Below are positions 9,956-18,769 of a stretch of DNA of 64,000 nt, in pieces. How positions within the stretch are numbered: the stretch's first letter is position 1; each line of letters begins with the position of its first letter. The DNA is from Reclinomonas americana ATCC 50394 (Eukaryota), in contig PS015010.1 in the NCBI GenBank assembly GCA_048213135.1, positions 744,001-808,000 on the forward strand, read 5' to 3'. The notes beneath the pieces are model-generated. The model was not told the origin of the DNA, did no database searches, and worked only from the letters and a program-made list of their open reading frames with translations. The translations under genes were made by a program, and so were the position numbers.

Positions 9956-10630
9956 TTATCGTTCACGCGGTACAAAAGTAACAGGCTGCAGGAAATAAGG
10001 CTGCGGACCTGTCAAAACGCTGTCTTTTTTAAGCAGGAATGCTGTGGAAGAACCGTTCCATTCCGATTTTGGGCTAAGGCCCCATTCCGGCGGTATACCC
10101 AGGCGGATGGTGTAGTGCCCCGCCTGTGTTGCGGGTATAGTCAAATTTTGATTGAAAACACGGGAAAGTGTTTTGAGATATATTTCTGCTTTGTTTCTTT
10201 TGTAAGCAACTTTTTCATCGCCTTTGTTACCATCGCCAAACGGGTAAACACCGGTGCCGGGCACCCGCAGGCCCAATGCCATGCTGTAGGTAATGTTCTC
10301 CCCGTTTTTATTGAGGATGGTTACGCTGATGCTGTCTAATGTGCGGGGCGTAAATAGAACCGTATCTACGATTTTAAATGTGGCAATGTTAGCCGTACTG
10401 AAAAAGATAGTGTCCTTCTTAGCTCTCCACCTGCCATAATTGATATAGGAAGAAGATTCGCAGCCCTGCTCCCAGAAATAGTTGCCGTTGCTGTACAGCA
10501 GAACCGAAGCGGAGCACAGTCCGCCACTCATGCTGGCATGATAGTAAGTGTATGCGGGTTTTGCTGGCTTTTGCGCCGGGCTTTGATTATGGGCAATAAA
10601 AAGTAACAGCAACAGGAAACACGGTTTCAT
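9956..10630 (-). CDS. Secreted hypothetical protein
   Basis: 224-aa ORF with an N-terminal signal peptide, co-oriented with the GNAT gene. Confidence 0.7.
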   Translation of the reverse strand: MKPCFLLLLLFIAHNQSPAQKPAKPAYTYYHASMSGGLCSASVLLYSNGNYFWEQGCESSSYINYGRWRAKKDTIFFSTANIATFKIVDTVLFTPRTLDSISVTILNKNGENITYSMALGLRVPGTGVYPFGDGNKGDEKVAYKRNKAEIYLKTLSRVFNQNLTIPATQAGHYTIRLGIPPEWGLSPKSEWNGSSTAFLLKKDSVLTGPQPYFLQPVTFVPRER

Positions 10631-10678
10631 GATTGAAAACTAGGTCATTTTGCAGACATTTTGTTGACGAGGGGAAGG

Positions 10679-10725
10679 TTTTTCACAGGGATGCGCAGAG
10701 GGTTTTCACAGAGATGCACAGAGGG
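10679..10725 (-). repeat. CTCTGTG-type repeat, inverted copy of 8591-8638
   Basis: Reverse complement reads CCCTCTGTGCATCTCTGTGAAAACCCTCTGCGCATCCCTGTGAAAAA. Confidence 0.85.
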
Positions 10726-10863
10726 AAGTATAACGAAAAAATAGGTAATGCTGTTGCGGGAACTACGCAGGGAAGAAATACTCAGCAGATATATTTTCGG
10801 ATTGCAAACTTTACTAAAACCATCATGGTGCCATTCCAACTTAATTATCAGACTGCCCAAAGT

Positions 10864-10946
10864 AAAAGGGGAGGCATACGGATGAAAGTTCCGAGACAGA
10901 TTAAAGCGCCAGTTTTAATAGAGTTTGCAGTGACCTTCCTTTTTTT
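10864..10946 (+). ncRNA. Putative C4/CI-like antisense RNA or attenuator
   Basis: Closing stem 10864-10876 with 10931-10943 followed by a U-tract, and an inner CGGA..GAAA..TCCG hairpin. Segments are complementary to 10803-10820, 10950-10961 and 10966-10977. Confidence 0.55.
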
Positions 10947-10964
10947 CATTTTAATCTGTCTATT

Positions 10965-11255
10965 ATGCAAATCTCTAATTGTCAAAAGAATGCCCGGGGT
11001 AATCGTGCCACCGGTATTGATGAAAACCGGTATATAACCATTAAGAAAAAAGCCATCTGGCTTACTGCTGAAGAGGAGGAGTTTATACAATTTGTAAAAT
11101 TCCACGGCATTGAGCAACTGGCCCAATCCTTACGCATGATCCACGACCTGGCGCTGTACCACACCGACACGCCTTTTGACGCGGAAGAAAAAACGGCGCT
11201 GTTTGATTTGAAGGTATTGTGGGAAGGGTTGGAGAGGATGGAGTGTGAAACATAA
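10965..11255 (+). CDS. Small hypothetical protein (96 aa)
   Basis: ATG in AT-rich context and a helical-looking C-terminal half. It follows the structured leader. Confidence 0.6.
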   Translation: MQISNCQKNARGNRATGIDENRYITIKKKAIWLTAEEEEFIQFVKFHGIEQLAQSLRMIHDLALYHTDTPFDAEEKTALFDLKVLWEGLERMECET

Positions 11256-11283
11256 GTAATTGAACGATTGAATAGAGGTATCT

Positions 11284-11922
11284 ATGCAAAATAGTGAGGC
11301 GGAGCCATGGGGGTGGGCAGATTTTGAAGATGACAATATCCTGCGAACAGGTAAGCCAATTCTGATCGGTATTACTGAGTTCACTAAACTACTGGCGCCT
11401 TGCTTGTTGGCAGGTAGTGCCCAATCAAGAAAAAGTTATGTAGACCAATTGCTGGCCGCCCATGAATGGAACATATATTATTCCGACAGGCATTCCGGCA
11501 AAAGAGTGATGGGAGAGGCCGGTTCAATTGATTATCCGCATGAATTAAAAACAGCCATTGCGCTTGCCCGGCATGGTTATGATGTGCTGTTTGCCCCCAA
11601 ATGTATGTTCAAACGATCTGAAAAGAAATTCGACATTTTCATTGCTAAAGAACACATTTTGCTAAAGGCCGATCTTAAATATATCTCCAGTAAAAATCCG
11701 GATACCATTGCCAATAGGGTAAGGGGTGGTTCTTTCCAGGCGTCGAGGGTTGTTGTGGAAATAACTTCAGATATTAATAAGAAAGACCTGATCTCCGGGT
11801 TAAGAAGCGCTGCATTCAGAAATGACCAGTTACGGGAAGTATGGCTTTTTTACAAAGGGAAACTGTATATCCTTCCTGCAAGTCTTATAAAGAGTAAACG
11901 TGTTTCCAGTGCTATAAAATAA
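11284..11922 (+). CDS. Putative CdiA-CT/MuF-toxin-like PD-(D/E)xK nuclease (possible tRNase)
   Basis: HELKTAIALARHGYDVLF...KKFDIFI...ADLKYISSKNPDTIANRV...QASRVVVEI...EVWLFYKGKL matches the E...D...DxK pattern of CdiA C-terminal tRNase-type domains. Confidence 0.6.
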   Translation: MQNSEAEPWGWADFEDDNILRTGKPILIGITEFTKLLAPCLLAGSAQSRKSYVDQLLAAHEWNIYYSDRHSGKRVMGEAGSIDYPHELKTAIALARHGYDVLFAPKCMFKRSEKKFDIFIAKEHILLKADLKYISSKNPDTIANRVRGGSFQASRVVVEITSDINKKDLISGLRSAAFRNDQLREVWLFYKGKLYILPASLIKSKRVSSAIK

Positions 11923-11990
11923 AAAGGGCTTTCAGTGAAGCCCTTTTAAAGTTTTTGTCATTGGGGAACCGAATGGTTCAAGCCGCTGAT
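11921..11990 (-). ncRNA. Candidate small RNA (about 70 nt) convergent on the nuclease gene
   Basis: Perfect -7 box TATCTTTG on the minus strand (12002-11995), then a GAACC-ATTC-GGTTC hairpin followed by CCCA, then the terminator. There is no ORF in between. Confidence 0.4.
11922..11947. terminator. Bidirectional intrinsic terminator
   Basis: AAAAGGGCTT TCAGTG AAGCCCTTTT with A/T tracts on both sides. Confidence 0.85.
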
Positions 11991-12076
11991 GTCACAAAGA
12001 TAAGAATGAATTTAATACTATGTTCTTTTACACAAGATTATTTTCAATCGTTAACGTTTGTTAATAAGATTTGTTT

Positions 12077-13987
12077 CTACAACACAATATCTCCAATCTT
12101 CGTCGCCAGTGTACCCACATCATCAACAGTATGATTGGTACGGTTCGACATAATGGCGATGGAGAGGCCATTGTCGCGGTACACACGCAACTCGGCACGG
12201 GCGCCATTGAAACTGCCGTTGTGTTCTGCTACACGGCGACCACCAATGTCGCGGACTTCCCAGGCAATACCATTAGGCTGGTCAGATTTTACACGGTTCC
12301 ACAACACATTGTCGCGGGCAGCGGGTTTTACAATTTGTCCATTAAGTACCTTCCAGCCAAACATGGCCAGGTCTACAGCGCTCAGTTCTATGCCACCGCC
12401 AAACACTTTCCAGCTGTTGTTGCCGTAAGAGCTGCTGGAGTTATCGTCGTTATAAGGTTTGGCTCTTTCGTAGTCATAAGGTATGGAAGCAGTGGTAAAT
12501 TGTACCCGAAGTGTGCCCAGTCCGTATGGATCGGCTAACTCTGATTTTACGAGTTGTGAAGAGGTGCGGCCGGTCACTTTCTCCAGTACCGCGGCCAGGT
12601 AAGTATGCGCATGTGTGGAGTAGTTGCGATTGGTGCCAATGGTACAGCCGGGCAGCAGGTCGGCACTCCATATCTGCGTAAGGGCGTCAATGGCTTTGTT
12701 GTACTGCATCGTGGCAGGCTCCGGGCCATCGTAGTGCTTGATACAACCGAGATGAGCATACAACTGCGCTACAGTTTGGGTGTGCTTGGCAGGAATGGTC
12801 ACCACGCTGCCGTCAGACTTAGTTACATTGGTAAGATAATTTTTGATGGGATTATTTAGGTTCAGGCTTACAGATGTGCCGTTGCGCAATTTGCCTTCGT
12901 CCTGCAGTTTTACGGCGAGGGTGCCGCTGAACAGTTTGGACACGGAGGCGGACAAGTAGATGGTCTCTCCATGCGCCACCTTATTATCTTCCTTATCGGC
13001 AAAGCCAAAACCACGGCGGTAGATCATTTCTCCGTTGCTTACAATAGCCACGGAAATGCCGGGCAGGTTGTTGTCATTCTTGTACTTGGTAATAAGGTTA
13101 TCGAGTTCATCTTTCTTATTGTAATTGAAAATGGTACTGTTGTTGTCGATCCAGATACCACCATAGCGCATACCATCAGGTGTGGAATAACATTCAAAAT
13201 CAATGATGCGGTAACCCCGATCGCGGTACTCCCTCCAGAGGTTGGCATATTCCACTTCTGTACGGCCAGTGCGTACCTGGTAAGCAATGCCGGAACGTTT
13301 TTCACATACGAAAGCGTAACGCTGGCCACCATCTGTATACGAATCAAAATTGGTAACAACATAACCCTTACCAGTAAGGTCATCAAGTTTGGCCTGGTAA
13401 TCGTCGCGGTCAAGGCCGTGTACTTCTTTCCAGTCGGCGTTGTTGTGGTTTTTAACCCATATCGCTGCATAACGTATGCCGCTGCCGGTGGCGTACATTT
13501 CCAGGTCAATCATTTTACGGCCCTCACCTTTTTGTTCGGTAATGTAGGCCTCGTATTGGGCCTTGGTCATGTCGCGTTTGGATGACCAGCTGTAGCCTTC
13601 GGTATTTTTTATCCAGATGCCACCATAGCGCATGCTGTTGCCCACGCGGTAGCATTCGATGTCAACGGGGCGGTAACCCTTGGTCTTGAAATCTTCCCAT
13701 TTGTCGTGGTAAGCATCGCTGGTCATGTTGCGGTATTCGGCCCAGGCCCGGCCACTGCTGTTCTTTTCCCATACCATGGAAAAACGGGTGCCGCCCGATG
13801 TTTCGTACGCATCCAGGTCGATCATGATGTAATCCTTTTTATATTGCTCGAACTTGTCATGAAACGCGTCGTCGGTAAGGTCGCGGTACGACAGCCAGCC
13901 GATGTTTTTAGCAAAGCTGGGCTCGCCTGCATACGTCGTACTGACGAATACGGCGAAGAGTAATGTTGTTACAATTCTGTAAAGCAT
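12077..13987 (-). CDS. Serine hydrolase (beta-lactamase-like fold) with five N-terminal polyglycine-hydrolase-like (BTRD1) repeats
   Basis: Five repeats of about 50 aa (W...T...Y...GY...D..Y...RYxxIW). C-terminal SVSK (SxxK), YST and HNG motifs. Signal peptide. Confidence 0.85.
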   Translation of the reverse strand: MLYRIVTTLLFAVFVSTTYAGEPSFAKNIGWLSYRDLTDDAFHDKFEQYKKDYIMIDLDAYETSGGTRFSMVWEKNSSGRAWAEYRNMTSDAYHDKWEDFKTKGYRPVDIECYRVGNSMRYGGIWIKNTEGYSWSSKRDMTKAQYEAYITEQKGEGRKMIDLEMYATGSGIRYAAIWVKNHNNADWKEVHGLDRDDYQAKLDDLTGKGYVVTNFDSYTDGGQRYAFVCEKRSGIAYQVRTGRTEVEYANLWREYRDRGYRIIDFECYSTPDGMRYGGIWIDNNSTIFNYNKKDELDNLITKYKNDNNLPGISVAIVSNGEMIYRRGFGFADKEDNKVAHGETIYLSASVSKLFSGTLAVKLQDEGKLRNGTSVSLNLNNPIKNYLTNVTKSDGSVVTIPAKHTQTVAQLYAHLGCIKHYDGPEPATMQYNKAIDALTQIWSADLLPGCTIGTNRNYSTHAHTYLAAVLEKVTGRTSSQLVKSELADPYGLGTLRVQFTTASIPYDYERAKPYNDDNSSSSYGNNSWKVFGGGIELSAVDLAMFGWKVLNGQIVKPAARDNVLWNRVKSDQPNGIAWEVRDIGGRRVAEHNGSFNGARAELRVYRDNGLSIAIMSNRTNHTVDDVGTLATKIGDIVL

Positions 13988-14075
13988 ATCAAATTATTTT
14001 AAGGGTTGACGAATAATGTGAGCGCTAAAGTAGATATTAGAAAAAAACTGTGCAATAGCCAGAAGCGGGTATGGC

Positions 14076-15377
14076 TTACAGGTTGTATTTACGGAGTAAC
14101 TTCTCAAAGTTTTTTGACCTGATGAAATTCTGTTTCTTTTTGTTCACCTGTATCGATTCTAAAAAACCCAGATTCACCAGGGCCTTTATATCTGCTCTTG
14201 CTGTGAAGTTGGAAACGGTGAACCGCGACTCTATTTCCTTAATGTTCAGTACCCTTTCCGGGTCGTCGTACAATATCTTGAGTACCTGTGCCATCCTGTC
14301 ATTAACCAGTGGAATAGTTAAAAAGCGTGCGGACTGAAATACTTCTTTTTGTTTCCTGTTGATATATGTTCTCAGCGCTTCAAATGCCTTCTCCATGGTT
14401 TTGATATGGTAGGTTATGAAGTAACTCAGGTCATTCTCATCTGTTTCTGTGTATAAGTAGGCTTTCTCATATTGTCCTTTTGTATCCTGTATGATCCTTG
14501 AAATAGACAGGTATTCCGTTAGCCAGTATCCTTTTTTAAGCATGTACCAGTAAAACAAGGCTCTTGCTGTTCTCCCATTGCCGTCGGTGAAAGGATGTAT
14601 CCATCCGATCATAAAGTGAACGATGCAACCCTTGACTATCGGATGAATGAAGTTCTCCGTATCTGTGTTGCAAAATGTACAAAGGTCTTTCATTAGTGCT
14701 GATAATTCTGCAGCCGGGGGAGGTGTATGCGCAATTTCGCTGATACTGTGATCTACTACGTAAACCTCATCATCCGCATTCCTGAACCGGCCTTCGTCCT
14801 CATCATCATTCAGTGTTTTGCTGGTCATCAGTTGATGTACATGCAATATACTTTCCGGGGTTATGGCTTCATTCTTTTGCTGAACAATGTGCTTCATCGT
14901 GATGAAGTTGTTCAATATCATTTGTTCCGACCTGTTCTTTGGCTTTTGTTCTTTCTGGATCATTTCTTTCGCCTTTTTCCTCGTGGTATTGGCACCTTCT
15001 ATCTGGCTGCTGGAAATGGCTTCTTCCATAAGCGAACTGATCACGAATTTAGTTTTATCCGTTTCCGCAATACCAATATTGCTGCTGAGATTTCCCCCGA
15101 TGTGCAGGTCAAACTGGTGCAGCGCACGCAACATAAAATCGGTTATAACATAATGAAAATTGTATTTTCCAAAGCGAATGTTACTGGCCTTTATCCACCG
15201 GTAGTGCTTAACTGCATTCCAGACTTCTTCGGGGTTGTATTTGCCTGATTTGTATTTGATCTTATCCCAGTATAAATAGTTATCCTGGATATCCTTCATG
15301 ATACCTTCCGACTCCAATTTTACCATAAATGGTATGATGTCGCTTTCTTTTCTATATAGAGGAGCTTCTTCCAGCAT
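14076..15377 (-). CDS. Fic family protein with N-terminal inhibitory motif and probable C-terminal winged HTH
   Basis: HPFTDGNGRTAR catalytic motif, SSQIEG (S/T)xxxE(G/N) motif and a C-terminal VSNFTARADIKALVNLG helix. Confidence 0.92.
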   Translation of the reverse strand: MLEEAPLYRKESDIIPFMVKLESEGIMKDIQDNYLYWDKIKYKSGKYNPEEVWNAVKHYRWIKASNIRFGKYNFHYVITDFMLRALHQFDLHIGGNLSSNIGIAETDKTKFVISSLMEEAISSSQIEGANTTRKKAKEMIQKEQKPKNRSEQMILNNFITMKHIVQQKNEAITPESILHVHQLMTSKTLNDDEDEGRFRNADDEVYVVDHSISEIAHTPPPAAELSALMKDLCTFCNTDTENFIHPIVKGCIVHFMIGWIHPFTDGNGRTARALFYWYMLKKGYWLTEYLSISRIIQDTKGQYEKAYLYTETDENDLSYFITYHIKTMEKAFEALRTYINRKQKEVFQSARFLTIPLVNDRMAQVLKILYDDPERVLNIKEIESRFTVSNFTARADIKALVNLGFLESIQVNKKKQNFIRSKNFEKLLRKYNL

Positions 15378-15405
15378 TTACCTGAACTTTATCCAAAATT
15401 AGTAA

Positions 15406-15438
15406 AAATTGCGAGATTATCGAATAATCTCGCAATTT
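15406..15438. promoter_or_regulatory. Perfect 15-bp inverted repeat upstream of the Fic gene (operator or terminator)
   Basis: AAATTGCGAGATTAT-CGA-ATAATCTCGCAATTT. Confidence 0.6.
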
Positions 15439-15511
15439 CAATAGATTTCCATCGTTGGCTTTAAAATATAACTGTGAGATAATCAATAAGTAATGTAAAA
15501 AATGGCTAAAA

Positions 15512-16165
15512 CTATAATTCCATCAGGCGCCCTTCTACGATGGCTACTACTTTTTCCCCGCGCTTGGGGCGAATGGAAGCGGAACCTGTAAAACGACTGA
15601 AGGCAGGCAGTACCGCATGCGTCTTTGAAAAATAGAAACAGGGGAAATGAAGACTTTGCCTGCTGCCCCCGCTGATGCTGATGCCGGGGTGAATGTGACC
15701 GCTGAAAGCATAACTGTCTTCAGTGTGCTCGGTGTCTGCTATATCATGCGTAAAAATGAAATTACCGATGCTGTGCTGTTCATCAATAACGGTAATGCCC
15801 GCTTCGTTGTACCAGTCACCGGCGAGGATATCGTGGTTGCCACGGACAAGTTGTATAGGCAGACTGGAAAAATCATTGCGCCAGCGCAGAAAAAAATCGT
15901 GCTCCTTATTGGAATGACTATGAAACATATCGCCGATAACGATCAGCTGCTGCGGACTGAATTGTTGGATAAGCGTGAAGAGCCGCTGCATGTCTTCCTT
16001 AAATACGGCCTGTGGCACATTGATCCCTGATTTACGGAAGTGCCCTGTCTTGCCCAGGTGCAGATCCGACAGTATCAGCGCCTTTTCCTCTTCCCAGAAT
16101 ATACACCTGTCGGGTGAGAGCAGGAAATGCTGGTTGAAAATAGTATGGGGAATGGTAGGCGTCAT
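15512..16165 (-). CDS. pdeM: Ligase-associated DNA damage response endonuclease (metallophosphoesterase)
   Basis: SDLHLGK, GDMFH, RGNHD, SGHIHP and LPAFSRFTG motifs, directly downstream of the Lhr helicase. Start placed at 16165 because the longer ORF begins inside a REP. A -7 box TAACTTTG lies at 16179-16172. Confidence 0.9.
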   Translation of the reverse strand: MTPTIPHTIFNQHFLLSPDRCIFWEEEKALILSDLHLGKTGHFRKSGINVPQAVFKEDMQRLFTLIQQFSPQQLIVIGDMFHSHSNKEHDFFLRWRNDFSSLPIQLVRGNHDILAGDWYNEAGITVIDEQHSIGNFIFTHDIADTEHTEDSYAFSGHIHPGISISGGSRQSLHFPCFYFSKTHAVLPAFSRFTGSASIRPKRGEKVVAIVEGRLMEL

Positions 16166-16187
16166 CAATAACAAAGTTACCGGATCC

Positions 16188-16256
16188 AATGTGATAATAT
16201 GCGGATGTGCGAATTTGATGATGAACGCCATCGCCTGGTCTCCCGACCAGCGATAC
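16188..16256 (+). repeat. 8-mer tract plus 34-bp REP-like hairpin
   Basis: AATGTGAT AATATGCG GATGTGCG AATTTGAT, then GAACGCCATCGCCTGGTCTCCCGACCAGCGATAC (16223-16256). Confidence 0.85.
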
Positions 16257-16260
16257 AAGA

Positions 16261-18762
16261 TTACTTCTTCTCCAAATCCAACTGCATTCTTTTGATCCTG
16301 TCCTCCAGCCGTTCGGAAGAGAGGTTATTCCGGCTGAGGCCATCGGCAATGATGGGGAAGGAGAGGGGCGTCAATTGTTGTGGGAAACGAATGACAATGT
16401 TGTTACCACTAATGCGATCGAAAGCTTCGCGGAGGCGGGCCTCTTCCATTTGTTGTTCCAGCACTTCGCGGTAGGCTTGCCTTAATAATATGTTGTTGGG
16501 CTCGTATTCGCTGAACACACGGAAAAGAAGTCCCGCGCTGCTTTGCAGGTGCCTCGATTTGATCTGCTCACCCGGCATGCCCTGGAAAATGAGTCCGCCA
16601 ATAACGGCAATGTCGCGGAATTTGCGGCGGGCCATTTCGGTATTGTTGAGGCTTTGTTGTATATCAAGCAAAAGGTTGTCGGTAGTGAACAATTCCCGGG
16701 CGTTGGTATCGTCTACAGGAATGGGTTGATTACTCAGCAATTCAAAACCATAATCATTCATGGCAATGGAAAAACTGATAGGGGTGATGCGGCTGATGCG
16801 ATGCGCTACAATAGCGCTCATGGCTTCGTGTACCTGCCTTCCTTCAAAAGGATATACCAGCAGGTGAAAGCCATCCTTGCTTTCCACCTGTTCTATCAAC
16901 AGCTCATCATCTTTAGGAATATGCGACAGTTCTTTCTGTAATTCGAACAACGCATGCAGGGCTTTGATCTCGGTTTCTTTTTCGTCGAGGAGGGCGCTGT
17001 TGAAAGTTTGTCGCAGTACGTGTCCCAGGTTGGCGGTCAGGCTCATTCTTCCGCCCATCCAACTGGGGACGATGGATTTTTTAGAGCTGGATTTCTTCAC
17101 CAGTACCGACATATCCTTTATCATCACCAGCTCCAGGTTGCGGCCTGCCAGCGTAAACACGTCGCCGGGATCGAGGCGGGATATGAAGTATTCTTCTATC
17201 ACACCTATATAACCACCGCTCATGAATTTTACTTTCAGCATGGATTCACTAACGATGGTGCCGATGTGTAAACGATGCCGCATAGCGATACGGCGGTTTT
17301 TAATTCGGTAGATACCATCTTCTCCGATCTCCACTTTTTTGTATTCATCATATTCCCGCAGCGCTTTTCCACCAGCGGTAAGGAAGAGTAGTACCTGCTG
17401 CCATTCTTCTTCTGTAATGGCAGAGAAGCAATAGGTATGACTGATCTCTTCAAAGATGATCGCAGGATCAAAGCCATCAGACACGGCAAGGGTGCACAGG
17501 TATTGCAGCAATACATCAAAGCAAAGCAGCATCGGTTCACGGCTTTCGATCACTTCTTCCCGAATAGCCGTTTTTAACGCGGCGGCTTCCACCAGTTCAA
17601 GCGAATGCGTTGGCAGGAAAAAGATACGGCTGCTGGCATCGGGCTGGTGACCACTGCGGCCGGCGCGTTGCAGGAAGCGGGCCACGCCCTTAGGCGATCC
17701 TACCTGTATAACGGCATCAACCGGGCGGAAATCGACACCCAGGTCGAGACTGGCGGTGCACACAACAGCCTTTAATCTTCCTGTATGCAGGTTTTCTTCC
17801 ACCCATAACCGCAGGTCCTGTTCAATACTGCCATGGTGCAGGGCAATGGCGCCTGCCAGGTCGGGGGAGAGATTGAGCAGGGTTTGGTACCAGCGTTCAC
17901 TCATACCTCGTGTATTAATGAAGATGAGCGTGGTTTTGTATTTTTCGATGATGGGCAAAACGCGGTGCGCCAGCTTGAGACCAAGATGTCCCGCCCAGGG
18001 AAACTTTTCTATTTCTTCCGGGATGATGGATTCAATGATGATCTTCTTATTCAGTTTGGCCTTTACGATGACACCGTCCTTTTCATGCTTGTTCCTGTTC
18101 AACCTCAACGGGGCCAGTAACACATCCCGCGCCTGATCCAGGTTACCGATGGTGGCGGAGATACCCCATATGGATAAAGCCAACGCATCATCCTGCAGCC
18201 GCCTGAGCCCGAGTATGCGGGAAATGGCCAGTTCCACCTGTACACCTCTTTTACTGCCCAGCAGTTCATGCCATTCGTCGATGGCGATGATGCGCAGGGT
18301 TTTCAATACATCAGCATAACCTTTTGATGCCAGCAGCAGGTGCAGGCTTTCGGGGGTAATGATGAGGACTTCAGGCACCTGGCGTTTTTGTTTCTGCCGC
18401 TCGGCCATGGTAGTGTCGCCATTGCGGATACCCACTCTCCATTGCATGCCCAGTTCTTCAATCACAGCTTCCATGGCCCTGCCTATGTCTTTGGCCAGGG
18501 CCCGCAGGGGTGTTACCCAAATAAGTTGCAGACCATTATTTTTTTTGAATTGGTATTTCTCGGGGTGTTCATTGATGAAATGAATGACAGCGCCAAGGAA
18601 TACAGAAAAAGTTTTACCGCAACCGGTAGGGGCATTCACGAGGCCGCTTTCGCCATTGATGATGTGCTGCCAGCTTTGTTCCTGGAACAGGAAGGGATGA
18701 TGGCCTTTTTGGGCAAGCCAGTGATGGATGGTATTATAGCCGGGGGTGGACTTTAGCTTCAA
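16261..18762 (-). CDS. Ligase-associated DNA damage response DEXH-box helicase (Lhr-core)
   Basis: APTGCGKT, TPLRAL, DEWHE, SAT, HHGS, LDLGVD and QRAGRSGH motifs. TTG start. Confidence 0.93.
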   Translation of the reverse strand: MKLKSTPGYNTIHHWLAQKGHHPFLFQEQSWQHIINGESGLVNAPTGCGKTFSVFLGAVIHFINEHPEKYQFKKNNGLQLIWVTPLRALAKDIGRAMEAVIEELGMQWRVGIRNGDTTMAERQKQKRQVPEVLIITPESLHLLLASKGYADVLKTLRIIAIDEWHELLGSKRGVQVELAISRILGLRRLQDDALALSIWGISATIGNLDQARDVLLAPLRLNRNKHEKDGVIVKAKLNKKIIIESIIPEEIEKFPWAGHLGLKLAHRVLPIIEKYKTTLIFINTRGMSERWYQTLLNLSPDLAGAIALHHGSIEQDLRLWVEENLHTGRLKAVVCTASLDLGVDFRPVDAVIQVGSPKGVARFLQRAGRSGHQPDASSRIFFLPTHSLELVEAAALKTAIREEVIESREPMLLCFDVLLQYLCTLAVSDGFDPAIIFEEISHTYCFSAITEEEWQQVLLFLTAGGKALREYDEYKKVEIGEDGIYRIKNRRIAMRHRLHIGTIVSESMLKVKFMSGGYIGVIEEYFISRLDPGDVFTLAGRNLELVMIKDMSVLVKKSSSKKSIVPSWMGGRMSLTANLGHVLRQTFNSALLDEKETEIKALHALFELQKELSHIPKDDELLIEQVESKDGFHLLVYPFEGRQVHEAMSAIVAHRISRITPISFSIAMNDYGFELLSNQPIPVDDTNARELFTTDNLLLDIQQSLNNTEMARRKFRDIAVIGGLIFQGMPGEQIKSRHLQSSAGLLFRVFSEYEPNNILLRQAYREVLEQQMEEARLREAFDRISGNNIVIRFPQQLTPLSFPIIADGLSRNNLSSERLEDRIKRMQLDLEKK

Positions 18763-18769
18763 GACGTGT

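Noticed and set aside
10633-11037. 134-aa ORF across the structured leader
   Set aside because: It starts in repeat sequence, overlaps ORF 10965 and has no recognisable features. A short leader peptide cannot be excluded.
11960-11990. tRNA gene suggested by GGTTCAAGCC
   Set aside because: No cloverleaf, D arm or anticodon arm. There is only one short hairpin.
8060-15500. Prophage or integrative element
   Set aside because: No integrase, transposase, structural genes or att-like repeats were seen. I treated it only as an accessory region.
16166-16258. N-terminal extension of PdeM in the ORF track
   Set aside because: It derives from the REP and 8-mer tract, and a -7 promoter box lies inside it.
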